Shown here one piece after another: positions 11,726-24,590 of a stretch of 64,000 nt of DNA. The stretch lies in assembly GCA_002633005.1 (NCBI GenBank), contig NMRA01000331.1:134542-198541 (forward strand), written 5' to 3'. The translations under genes were made by a program, and so were the position numbers. The notes below the pieces were generated by a model, which saw only the letters and a program-made list of their open reading frames with translations, was not told the DNA's origin and searched no databases. Source of the DNA: Phoronis australis (lineage: Eukaryota; Animalia; Phoronida). Positions within the stretch are counted from its first letter, which is position 1. Each line of letters opens with the position of its first letter.

Positions 11726-12659
11726 AGAGTTTTCCGGTAAAAATTAGGGCACTTTATGTATTTGGATGGAAAGTCATAAGTCCCTTATCCTCCCAGAGAT
11801 CAAGTTTGTTGAGATCGTTTGTCGATCTCTGTTAGTCAGTGTAGACATTATAGTAACATGTGATGTCCTCAACAAACAGACTAGACTTTGCAGACAAACC
11901 GAGGGGTTTAACAATTACATACAATAAATTAGCATTCTCTCATGCAAGACAAAATAGCGGTGACGCTCCATCACGCAAACATGCACAGGGGTCCCCAATG
12001 ACACGCTATAGCGTGATAGCCAACAAAACGGTGCCAACCTTCTTACTCATTTTCTCGCGATAAAAGAACATTTGCAAAAAGTCAACCCTTACTACTCAAA
12101 CAAATCAGTTTGCAGGGACTGATGACATTTTTATTGATAAATAAGCCATGATCTGATATCATTAATTCACAATACATCCTCTGGGATTTAGCTATATTTC
12201 AAAATACAATGCAAAGCCTCACACCGCGGAAAAGTTCGTCAGGCGAGCTTCCGTGTAATAATTAAAGCGAAAATGACTAAGTGATAATTACACGCGTTTG
12301 TGAGTAGGTAAATGTACTGGAAAGTAAGTCGAGTTCATATGCAAAATCGTGTCCTAGAAAGAAAAAGGTCGGCATTGATGTAATGCAAAATTGGTTATTT
12401 CCAAACAGTAAACTTTTTTAAAATTTGCAAGCTCGTTTATGTAAAAACGCGGCTGCTTTGGATAACGTAATTTACTTAAATCTTTTGTCATTATTGTAGT
12501 TATCAATACTAATATTCTGATTTATTTGTATTTTTTTTTATTTACTTGTCGTTCTGTCACGGACATTGGGAATGACAACTGGACTGTTCGAAAATGTGTC
12601 AACAAGGAACGTTATATTTAAAGCGAAATTTTGTCGAAAAAATAGTTTTTAGAGATCAG

Positions 12660-12728
12660 ACGCATCGCAGAATCGAACTCACAACCCCCGCGGTCGCAGC
12701 CGAACACATTTACGACGGAGCTACAGTA
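12660..12728 (-). other. tRNA-derived relic (possible SINE head)
   Basis: The minus strand has A-box-like TAGCTCCGTCG and B-box-like GAGTTCGATTC with tRNA-like spacing; no good acceptor stem. Confidence 0.35.
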
Positions 12729-13629
12729 AACTGTCATGAAATCTTTGGCATTCATGATACATATATAATTCTTAGCACATTAGTTTGATAGTGTTATGTC
12801 TTATTGATATTATTTCTTGCTAGCCAATTGTTTTTGTTTATAGAAACTTGTTTTGGCTGTCAGCTGAGTCAGCGACCAACCCATCCGGTGCATCCACACA
12901 TGTTTTGATGATCTCTGTAGTAAACAAGATTGCGTAATGGTCATTCACAGAAACATTGCCTAAAGACAGCTGACCATTACCATATATGGCAAACACAACA
13001 GAATAGTTCAGATGATTGTTGTGAAAGTTCTTATAGTTGCTTCCTGTTTTTTCCTGTAGGATATTGAATCATAAAGTTTAGTGCATGCAACCCACATACT
13101 TGTAACTTGTATATAAATTCGTTCACTTGTCTAATAAAGACAGTCCTCATCTTGCTACTGCCAGTTGCTTTACTAGTGTAATTGAGTGTTCCACACTTAG
13201 TTACTGAATACAACCATCTCACTGACGGACCGAGGCTGTCCACAACACAACACAACGCTGCTACTAAGTCGAGTTATTCTCCACTATTCTACTACATAAA
13301 CCCGACTTGATAGATGGTAGAGTGTATTGGCTATAAACCTGCCTTCCAACATAAAAACCAACCCTATTTAAAGCACTTACGGCTATGAAATTGGTAAGGA
13401 ATTAAACAAGCCAACAGTGCTTGAGAACAATCTTTTTTAGTTACTTGGCTTATTAATACGACGACTCCTTTCATGTGCCGAGCATGGTCTCAATAACTAA
13501 CGAAAAGTCCATTCCTTGAACACCTAGAAATCACTTCTCACCTCAGTCAGGATCAAGCTGAGGCCAATTTCAGTAGGGAGGTAAGCGCTCTAAACCAAAA
13601 ATTCGATTCTTGGACTGAACGCGGTTGAA

Positions 13630-13977
13630 AGCTGTGTCCAGACGGGCATTTAATCTAGCGTAATTTGTCCTGGGTGCAACTTATCCTAGTTTAAGTGACT
13701 GTGTGGACAAAAATGATACTAGCGCAACTTAACACATGCGTGACAACTTACCTCACCTGTTCAAGGTAAGGTAACTTGCGCCTGATCATCATGCAACTGG
13801 CCGTGTGAACTTGGCAAAGCAGAATTATTAGCTACGCGTTTGAGCAACTGAGTTAATCTGAGTGATGAATCACTTCTTTTTGCGCCGTTTTAATTGTGAG
13901 TCTGAACACGCCTCTGATCGGCACAAGTTTCCCCAGGCGCAACTTGCGCTAGTTCAAGTGTCCGTCTGGACAAAGCT
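13630..13977. mobile_element. Harbinger-like MITE
   Basis: Inverted termini AGCTGTGTCCAGACGGGCA / TGTCCGTCTGGACAAAGCT extending imperfectly ~55 bp, with internal GCAACTT subrepeats; TSD not clean. Confidence 0.6.
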
Positions 13978-15560
13978 CAAGTCAGCGACCTTAATTTCAG
14001 CGACTAACTGGAAGACAACGGCGGAAATTGGCGATTTGTAATAAAATCCCAAATAATGTCCCTTTGAAAGACTCATGCAACAGCAAAAATGAGACTGTAA
14101 TTTCAGTTCTCGCGTGAAGTTTGTGATTATCGCAACCTGAAAAACATTATTTACAGTTAAAAGTTGACGCTTGAACGTTTTCAGACAAGGTGGTCGTTTT
14201 TACAGTAAACATGAATTTTACATAGGATCTACTACTACTACTACTACTACTACTTAATGTGTTTATTTGAATTACATGTTGATTGATGTAATAAGACTCC
14301 TTTAAAAAAACTCAGCAAAGTGAGCAAAATCTTTTTACCTTTATTTGGCGCTGTTTCGGTGATGTGACCAATACACGTTTCACAGGCGTACTAATGCCGA
14401 ATGCTTCGAGTCGTGCAATAAAAAACCAAGTCGTAAAATGAGAACAATTAGCTTTTCTTGTTTTCCATGGTCAGAATAGAGCTCAACGCATCATTCTTAT
14501 TTCATTTTACTTTGAAGTTCTGACCATTTTTTATTCGCCGAAGAAGCACTCAATATAACTTTAAACAACTTTGAAAACCGAGTTTTAACACAAGTTGATT
14601 TGATGAACAAGTATTCACAGATTGTTCTCTTTCAACGTGACACCAAGATAAACCGACTGCTTGCAAAACAAGGTATCTGCATTCCCAAGTTGTATCCACG
14701 AAATGGAAATAGGACATGTCACGATATGATATGAAAATATGATGGAATTACAATAATGTGTTCTCGCCTTGTAGTCACATGAAAATGATTAAGATTAATG
14801 AAGGGAATTAGTAAATAGAATCTCTCAAAAAGGTTAAGTTGTAGCCGTTAGAATTTCTTATGACAAGTTATCTTCCGCCTCATTTTCTCTTCCGCCTCAT
14901 TTTCTCTTCCGCCTCATTTTCTTTATATTCTTATCAAACGAACTACCAATTTAGAAGAAACGTCTACACAACAAATGCTCCTTCAACATCATCGGTTTTT
15001 AAGATAATTGGAAGGGGAACAGGCGGTGACAACATTGACCAAATTGAAAGAAAAGAACAAAGATGATCGTGATGAGGATGAAGAGGTTGAGGGTGACATT
15101 GATGACGACTCGCAAGGAAAGAATGATGACGAAAAACCGATTAACAGAAATAGGGTTATTTAATGGAGGGTCACTCGACAAGAAACCGAGGAATTATCAG
15201 TCAACAAAACAATAGTTATCAGAAAACCTCGAATAACGAAAGAGAGGCACTGTTTTTGTAGCACTTGATAAAAATGCATCCACGTGTTAAAATCTAGAGA
15301 ATACTCAAAGGACTGCAGAGAGATGACTCCACAAAATGAAAAATAGAAACTAGCTTGTTGTCACATCTGAATTAATTTCGCTTGTAAAGAAATGTAGCCC
15401 GTGTCCTGTAAACAAACCAAAACGGCCAACTAATTTTTTACGGTGGCACACATAACAAATTAAATCAGAGCATGCTTGTATGGCGTGTAAACAAATTTAA
15501 GACATGTCCTTAAAGTCCGATATATTTCAGCAGATACGACTCATCTGATGTGCATAACAA

Positions 15561-15798
15561 TCCCTGTGTCTACACACCTCGATTTTTGGCCGTGTAGACA
15601 GTGGGTCAGTTGTTGCGGAAGACTTCTCAGTAGAACGATGGTTGAAACAAAATCGGGCGTGCTCTATTTCAACGAAACCGACAAGTCTTGTACGATTTTC
15701 TAGCTTGAAAATCCGTGTCGGAACACCTGTCTAGATAAGTCGTATACGGAAGTCGCTAACGAAATAGTATACAACTAATCGGAGATTGTAGACAGGGA
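15561..15798. mobile_element. Small decayed MITE
   Basis: Imperfect inverted termini TCCCTGTGTCTACA...CGATT / AATCGGAGATTGTAGACAGGGA. Confidence 0.4.
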
Positions 15799-18700
15799 CA
15801 TTATTTGATACCGAATGTAATTAAGAACTTAGTTCTGAGCTTCGTTCCCAGGAGCAAGTTTCCTGCGAGAAAAGCGAAATCACGCAAATACGTATTGTAT
15901 TAAGGTGAAGCACGTGATAACACTACGTTGTAGTCGCCAGTGTCTTGCTTCTACGGAATGCGCCCTTGGTTAAACTGCAAATGGCCATGAAAAGGATCAA
16001 TGAATCAGAAGGCATAATGCTAATAGGGTGTATTAGAAATATATCTAAACATCATTAAAGGGATCTATGTCTGCAAGTAATGATACGCGATTAAGTCGGT
16101 AGCAGTACTGATCATGGTGCGAGACTGATGGATTGAGTTCACTTGATCATGTGTAACAACATGTATAGATTATCCTCTTTGATCGCACTTTTCTATCGAC
16201 TTCATGCATTTGCGTTGATAATTACGGATTATTTCCCGAAGGCTCCAACTTGTGTGAGTGTGTCTGGAGTATATAGACTTGTAATAAGATCTCCAAACGT
16301 TTCTTAACAATACTGAGAATTGGAGAATTGTGACGTATCAACTGAGAAATATTACAGAAACGTTCATTAACAAATCATGTCAATCATTTTACTAGGCACG
16401 ACATATCGTCATTAAACTCATCTGCGTTGGAACCAGGCTTACTAATTTGAAACAAAAGGCATACATGGGATTTTTTCTCGTCAACGTTTTCCAATGTTTA
16501 AAACTCGAAAGCTGAATTTCTCAAAAGAAAGCCAATTCAGTGTTCTCCAAAAGTTTGGAGGACGGAAGTAATATGCTGGATTTGAATAATTGAGTATGTT
16601 AGCATGGAGTTGCAGTTGTGAGCCTTCTAAAGCACAAGTAAACGTGCAATTTACATGATTATGGCAAGTACATCAGTGACGCTAACATGTTTCCATACAT
16701 CACATGTTATCCCAAACACGATGGCACACAACAAGTAATTTTTAATTGCGTTCGGGCTCCACTAGAAAATGTTGCCTTTGTGTTCTTTAAATCAATATTC
16801 ACGTGGTCAACTAAACCGTGCTTTATGAGTGACTAATAGTCTATAATAGGGAACCAAAATCAGTATAGATGTAGACATATAATGCAGGTGTAAAAACATT
16901 CAACACTACAGCACACTAACAGACGGCTATATTCGTCATTTATCTTACACCATTGTAAGGCTTGTGGATCGCATATCATTGCCGCAACCAGGTGACAGGG
17001 GGAACACCCAGCTCAACCTTAAAGTTAGTAAGTCCATGCCCGCCTTCGGTGTACTTCTACAACCGTTGCAAGTTCGATTTCTGCATTCTAATAGTTACCA
17101 GAGTAGTCTGGAATCAACTGACAGTTAGATCTCCATCTCTACAATACTAAAATACCAAAAAGAGTGTCTACTTCCTGGATCCTCGACAAGTGAAGATTGA
17201 ATCTTAACGCATGCCTGAAAATGTCATCTAGTCGTTCGTAATCACGTGACTGCTGTTTTGTGTAAATTGTCATTTTACTTTGAACATGAATTTCTGAAAA
17301 TGTCTAAAGTGTATATCTTTTCGTTTCTATACATTACCAAAGCAGTTTCATTTCCGTTTACTCATTTTTGTAATGCAATCAAAAATTTCTTTTTGAAAAA
17401 TTATTACAAGTCTTCGTTTGGATGGCAGATATCTGCGTTTTTGTGTAAATTTCAGTAACTTCAATTAAAGACTTTAAACAAAGTGTGCATAATTTCATGA
17501 AAATATTTTCATGAAAATATTCCAATGCGATATACAAAATTGCCAAAAGCGTAGAAAATCGAAACGCCTGAGAATGGCGTACGAAGATATGCAAGGAAGG
17601 CTAATAACTGAAGTTGGTTGAAACGATCAACAAAAATTCGCCTATTTCACACATAAAATGTGTTTAAACAAGTGGAAATTATAGTAATGCAATAAAAAAG
17701 ATAAACTGTATTGAATATGATCGTGATAGTGTATTTCAAACATAAGCTGGAGACGACTAATGTAGACGACGGAGACGGATTATTCTGTAAGCTGTTCCCT
17801 AATTTTTGCGTTGTACTTTTGGCTCGTTGAAGGTTTAATATGTCAATTGGTCGTACTAGAAATTTGTAAGTGTATAGTAAGCCTGAGGCATGTATTCGGA
17901 AAGGTTATATTTTTGTCTTTCTCGGTGCACCAGATGTGAAAGTCAAGGTGTAAAGACATCGACATAGAATCAAGACCAAGATGGGTAAATAAGAGACCTT
18001 ATTGCGCTATTGGTACAGTTAATTAAGTTCATTTTACAGATAAGCCAAAAACGTGTTGAATTAAACTCTGCCCTGTTGCTCAGAAATCTTTGGTTTTATT
18101 TGCCGTGGCAGTGTTCATTTCCGGAAACCTTGGAAATAGAAATGCTTAACTGTGATTTGGAAAGCAGGCCCATGTGGCTTTCGAAGAAATTTTTGAATTA
18201 GTTAATTATATCATACCACGTTACGTTGGGGAAATCTATTAAACCATGTTTTTAGGAAAAGATGACCACACTAAAGGATTTTGTTACGAAGTGTGCCTTA
18301 ATGAAGGAGCTTTTTACCATTCGAATATCCCTTGTTTTACGATAAAAATACGAATAGGTATTTTTCTCCATATACCGGTATATTTAACGGAACAAGATTA
18401 CAAAAGGAATATCTAGTGCAAATGTGTGTTTCGATTAGAATTGGCTCACAAGGGAAAACACATCAAAGCACGATATTTACTTTATGCTAAAATTAAGTGA
18501 AAGATTTCTTGGCAGAATGACGTCTAAGGAGGCCTTCGTGACGGTTTTTGTTAAACCAGAATTACAAGTTTTCCGATAAGAAGCCGCTTTAAAATTGGGT
18601 AAAAGCCTCTGCAATTACGCGGAAATATCTGACGCTTTTGATTAAACAATTAGTTAAATGAGTGTGCGCCACTTTGACTACAGTCTGAAGTTTCACTAAG

Positions 18701-19349
18701 TTGTACCGCACTATTGAGATATTCCTATCAGAATCAAGGTCTTCGATCAAATCAACTTCTTTTGAACACTATGAAACACGCCATTCGGCTCTAAGGCAAT
18801 CGACCTCTGGGACAATGGCCACAACGATTCGTGCAATCTGTTAATTAAGGCGACTTGTGATTTTCATGACACGTTAGTGTGTTTGGTGAATTAAACAGGG
18901 TTTGATAATAACGAGCGTCAAGTGATTTGCAAATGTTCTGTCAACAGTTTTTACACCTGAGATACTCAAAATCTTTAACGTATTTGAGGTACTTGAGAAC
19001 CGTCATGAAACCCACACACGTTTCTTCACGAAAGTTTTTTACTAGTCATTGTCAAGCGCTAAAAATACATGTTTATGAGCCGCGTATGAATGAAAATCTG
19101 AATCCAGGGCTTAAAACGTCAAGTAAATAGAGAATGCTACACGAGTCTTAAATCTCTGACAAAGTGGACCTTTTGCTAACAAAACAGCGGGAGGACTAAA
19201 AAAACGTGTGAACTTTGCGTTTGCGCCTTTTTAGTGAACTTTTGTCTCGTTTTCTCAGACTTTTTGTTTCTCTGAGGCGGATCTTTTTACTCGCTTCGCC
19301 AAATGGGGGGCTCATTCGAGTCCCCCGATCCCCAGTGGGTGCGCGTATG

Positions 19350-20617
19350 GGTTTATGACATGGGCAAAACCTCTTGGAAATTTGCGGAGGAATTTTGACG
19401 AAATTTCCAGTCCAAGAGGTTTTGCCCATGTCATAAATCTGAGACGAGTGTAGGATTTGTTTTCTCAGATGAAGCGTAAAATCGACCTTTTTTGCCGAAA
19501 AACTCCACATGTCCAAAACTTTCAACCATATGACTCAATTTTGTAAAAATACGCTTGCGCAATGTAAAGAAATTCAGTTACTCTTTTTAATAGTTTAATT
19601 TTAAGCTTAACAATTGTAAATTGCATTCAGCTTTCGTAGCAAATATTCAAGTTAGAATCTAATAAATAGTCTTTGAAGTTGTAATATTAAAACTTAAATT
19701 TTTTTATAAATAACAGTCTGCAAGGCTTCCACACGCGTGAGCGCTGAATTGACCTTGAGACAGCACAGACAGTCTCGCAGCGTTTCTTGAGTTGGAGTCG
19801 TCTCCGCTTGAATGACCGTGTATTTGAAATTCGCCGCCGAAGATGGGTCCCTTTAAGAAGCTGTTTGTATGTCCTTCCGACTGGGAGTACGCACTGTTGT
19901 GACACCCGGTTTGTCAATCATAACCTTGTCACCTTCTCGGATTTCCGGCATTGTTTGTTTGGCGAGCGTTTGGTTGTTTAGTGCTTTGCAGGCAATGAAA
20001 TGTAAGGCGTGTGGATTTCTACTGTGCACTACTTTGGGATTCGCCCATGTAATATCACATGACCTGGAATGTGTTACGACACGACTGCTTAATAACACCG
20101 ATTACTAAATTTTTTTGATATTACAAGGGCGAATCACAAACGCAACTCAAGAAACGCGGCGAGACTGTCTAGCTGTGGTATCTTAAGGTCAGTTCAGTGC
20201 TCACGCGCGAGGACGCCTTGCTGACTGTTATTTATAAACATTTTTTTAAGTTTTAATATTACAACTTCAAAGACTATTTATTAGATTCTAACTTAAATAT
20301 TTGCTACGAAACTGAATGCAATTTACAATTATTAAGCTTAAAATAAAATTATTAACAAAAACTTGAAGTAACTGAATTGCTTTACATTGCGCAAGCGTGT
20401 TTTTATAAAAGTTGCGTCATGTGTTTGAAAGTTTTAGACACATTGAGTTTTTTGGCAAAAAAATATGTGAGAAAACAAATTCTACATTCGTCTAAGATTT
20501 ATGACATGGGCAAAACCTCTTGGAAATTTCGTCAAAATCTTTCGACAAGCCTCTGGATTTTGACGACATTCCAAAGAGGTTTTGCCTTTGTCATAAACCT
20601 GAGAGTCGTGTAGGATT
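19350..20617. mobile_element. Foldback element with ~400-bp inverted arms, each capped by a palindrome
   Basis: Arms ~19395-19797 and ~20141-20545 are reverse complements around a ~340-bp spacer. Local hairpins lie at 19350-19439 and ~20479-20617. Confidence 0.8.
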
Positions 20618-23600
20618 CACTGTCTTCAATATCCAAAAACTTACTGGTTTCAACCCCGGTCACAGAGGGTATATTTTAAAAAGAGGTAAGAACAACAAAT
20701 AGGACGAGAACACTAACAAGTGGCACTTTCTTGTGCGTTAAGTAATTTCAAATTATTTTTTTTGTAAAAAATAGATGTTTTTACAAAAAATAATAGTTTG
20801 TTGAAACTAGATAAATGCCATTTTCTCAAACACAGTTAAGTGTTGTTGTTTGATGTTTGTCTGCAAAAATACAATGTCAGAATTCTGAAAAATCAAGAAC
20901 TACCCCCAATAGCAGATTACGGTCTAGTTTCGATTATTTAACTTCAATATGAGCTGAAAACTTTTTTCAGGCACTAAAACATCAAATAACAACATGTCAG
21001 TGTGTTTTAAGAAAATTAATTAATCTACTTCGTGAAAAATTTTTTCGGAAACAAAAAAGTCACGAAATCTCAGTTTTTGCTGAAGTTGACATTTTCCCTG
21101 TTCTTATCTGCATCTGTATCTGTGTCTGATAATATATACAGTTGTGGGGCTTATCTACTGAACGCATAGCTATTGAAGAATTGAGCACTGTATATTTTGA
21201 ATGACAGCCAAGGTTCGACGTAACGATAAAAATGTAGTTGACTATGTTCTTGAATGTCAATTTACTTATACTGTCTAAACGCAGTGACCACATGCATAAA
21301 ATTTTAAAAAACCTACATCGTCGAGCTCACAAATTAGACCTGTGCAGCAACCTCATATTGGATAATACCGATTTTACCTAGTATGTTTAAGAGCTCTAAG
21401 GAAAAAGGCGTTTTTGTACAACCCTTAATCAAAATCTCACAAGGGGCATTGTCATCGCCGTCATTCTTAACTATAAGAATGAATTACATTACGTATGTGT
21501 CGTAATCAATTTGACCAGATGGAGTTCATATAATCATGTCGTTTTCGGGGTTGCATTGGTTCATTGATGAAAGGTTCAGGTGTTGACGTATTGATTGGAG
21601 TAGCACATGGGCAGATGTCTAGCATAATGAATGAAAAAGTATGGATTAGATCTATGAAATATTTCCACATGGTCATTGCACAAGTAGGTCTCTTACTTCA
21701 AACACCAGGGCAGGTCATTCAAAGAAATGTCTGATGTTTTGGACATGGAATCGCAGCACCTTACATTGGGTGAAGATTGATAAATTCTTCACCCAATGTC
21801 TACCTGTCATTAAAATCACAGTCCAAGTTCAGCAGTTCCGTTGAGCATAGAGAAGGGACTATTTCTTCCAGCAGCTGTGGCTGGAGAGTGTGTTCCCGGA
21901 CTTCCTCTGAACTGGTCACACTCATTACGCCCACTGTGTGTCGTGGCATCAACTGGAAATCCGTAATCTGTCTAAAGATGCACTGAGTGACCTTGTTGCA
22001 GGTGCTCATGCTAGTAGACATCAGGATGGAGTTGTGTCAAGTGATCCCTTTGGATAGTAAACTGTTATCAGACTTGGTAACAGTTGGCTCAAAGGTGTTA
22101 AAGTATCACAAGAATTCAGTCTGAATGGAAATAATCGTATCAAGTCGCAACCCACCTGGCAGATGCTTTGGACAAAATGTGCGATTCTGAGGTGGATGTC
22201 TCGAGTGTCAAGTAAAGTAAAACAGATTCAGAAGACAAGGAACGAATTCCTGAAAAGACAGAAAAACATTCCCACCCTCTAATGAAAAAGAGTCAACAGC
22301 CGTTGGTCTGAAAACGTTGTTTGTAAGAGTGTTGATGGTTTGTCAGCAACGAGGAGTCGGAGGACATATGAAGATATGGGTTTGTCCAGTGCTAGCATAG
22401 ATAGTTGATGGGTTTAGATGCATGTATACACTTAAAGGCAATAAGTAGGTCATCTTGCCGAACCAAAATAGTCCCGCACGAACTAGACACCGCCGTTGTT
22501 GATTCTCAACAGTTACAGCACCTCCCCTAACGACATAATGGCAGAGAAGGTAATGTCAAAGATGGCATGATAGAAAGACGCTCACGATTTTTGTCAACTT
22601 GCGAGAAATTAGTCGTATTTGAGTCTGTAAAAGACCATGAGCGTGTCAAAGCGATTGCGTCCATTCATATCGGCTACAAACCCAATGATAATATCTGGGT
22701 TTGGAAAGAACGAACAGTTCATTATTGTACGACACCTGGCGATAGCTTGTCACGACCGACCAATTTATCCGCCAGGCATGGTGTCATAAGCAAATGAACT
22801 GTGAGTTTCTCTAAGCCCACAAATACCTTTTCAATCTGAATCGCCGAAAAGGGGCTTAAATTAAAAGCTAGTTTTCCTTGAAACTTCATATCCGCTTTAA
22901 ATCGTGTGAAGATGTCTGAAATAGCCGCCGTCTCATTGTGAAGTGACAAATAAGCCCAATTCGGGTTGGGTACATGTTGTTATTTCAATTCATATGTTGT
23001 TGGTAATAATAAACAGTATACCTTTCGCTAATACATAAAAACTACTGTTACTACCACAGTCGGGAAACTGACAGTATTTTAAACTACGCGAAGCCGCCGG
23101 GAAACGAGGCTAAATTTCGCTTGATCGTCGATTTTGCTGAAGTGCTTCTTACACGTTTATCAGTTTGCAACTCCAGTGAAAGTATTTTTTGTATTAAAAT
23201 AGGCTTTATTTCACGTAACAAGCCTCCACACACATTACAAGTATGTAAATTACACAGAGTATAAGCCAAAGTTAATCTGTTTCAAGGAACTCAATTAGAC
23301 GTTTCAAATATTTAGCAAAGATTGTCGAGGTATTTAAATTGTGACTCTACATAAAAATCCTAGATACCATTTAGTCCATCTTATCAAACATAGGTAAAAG
23401 CTGTGCATGCAAAGTTGAATGTAGATTATACTTTTTAACACATTTATAAACGTCGAGAAGTATATGGTGTCTCTAATCATGGATGCCAAAATACAACAGT
23501 GTATTTAAAATTCACTTATAAATTTGGCAGCATCGCCTCCAGTTCAGTTTTTCTTGTACCCAACTAACTCCACGTGAATATACAAATAACAATCTTTTGA

Positions 23601-23734
23601 CATTTAGAGGCTGGCAACCCTTGTTTTTTAGCCATTTTATACATAGCGCACCATAGCATACACGATGACTTGGCACTTTGATAATCTTAAACTAGTATTT
23701 AACAATTTTAGTAACAGGTGTACACTCTATCTTT

Positions 23735-24590
23735 TTTGTTCTTGGACCGTGACAACTATGCAACAGGTGTTCAAAATGACGTTTCTTTTTATGAATATTT
23801 TTATTTTGCTGACTTCACTTTTTAGTAACATAACAATCGTAAAAATGTGTTTCAGTGTATTTTGGTTACCGTAACATACACGACATTTATCAGGATCACT
23901 AACTTTTACTTTCTGAAGAAAATAGTGTATTTCTAAACTTTTATGGAAAGTCCTACACCACAACCAATGCGATGAGCTATGTACAGTACATTTCGAAGCA
24001 AATTTCGGATCGATACTTGGAGTAGTCTATCGAATTTTTCGTAAATGTCAAAGCATTCTGAATCTTTTCTGAAGAATGTAATTGTATCAAAAGGCACCAA
24101 AGGTCTAATTAATAACAATACATGAAAATTATAATTTTGGATGAATGTCTGACTAACTTATCCACAGCATGTGTGAGGAATCCATATTCTAGAACATTTG
24201 TCTTTATAGGCTAGAAATCTTTTGAATCATTGAAATTATTTCCCTATTGGATTAATTAGTCATTTCCTTCTTTATGTTACATGCTGTCATTTTTCGAACT
24301 TTGGTTATACTTTGGTTTCTAGAATTAAAAATACTTTTGAACCAAGGTATACTGATGAATTATATTATTTATATTTTGCTATTGGTATAATCATCAGCAA
24401 CTGACAAAGGGCTTTTAATGATATTGCTCTTATGGAATTCGGTTGAAAAACGGCGTAGTTGCGAAAGGTTTTGATGGCAGTAAATTCCATAGCAAGTACA
24501 CGCACCAGAAACAAGCGAATGCAAACAACTGTCACGCATGCGCCGCGCAACCTAGTCAGCGGCCGCGAAGTCGGAGTTGGTTTTCCAGGG
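23735..24590 (-). mobile_element. Diverged partial copy of the hAT-like element at 57562-59363
   Basis: Its reverse complement is colinear with ~57562-58520 (e.g. GTTGTTTGCATTCG, TGCTGTGGATAA and CATTCRTCCAAAATT blocks). Confidence 0.75.

Noticed and set aside
13400-13600. Possible minus-strand tRNA-derived SINE
   Set aside because: The B-box is degenerate and there is no second copy in the window to confirm it.
21500-22560. Coding-like composition on the minus strand; considered as receptor exon 2 or an endonuclease relic
   Set aside because: No convincing match to the expected receptor continuation and only vague motif resemblance, so it is left unassigned.
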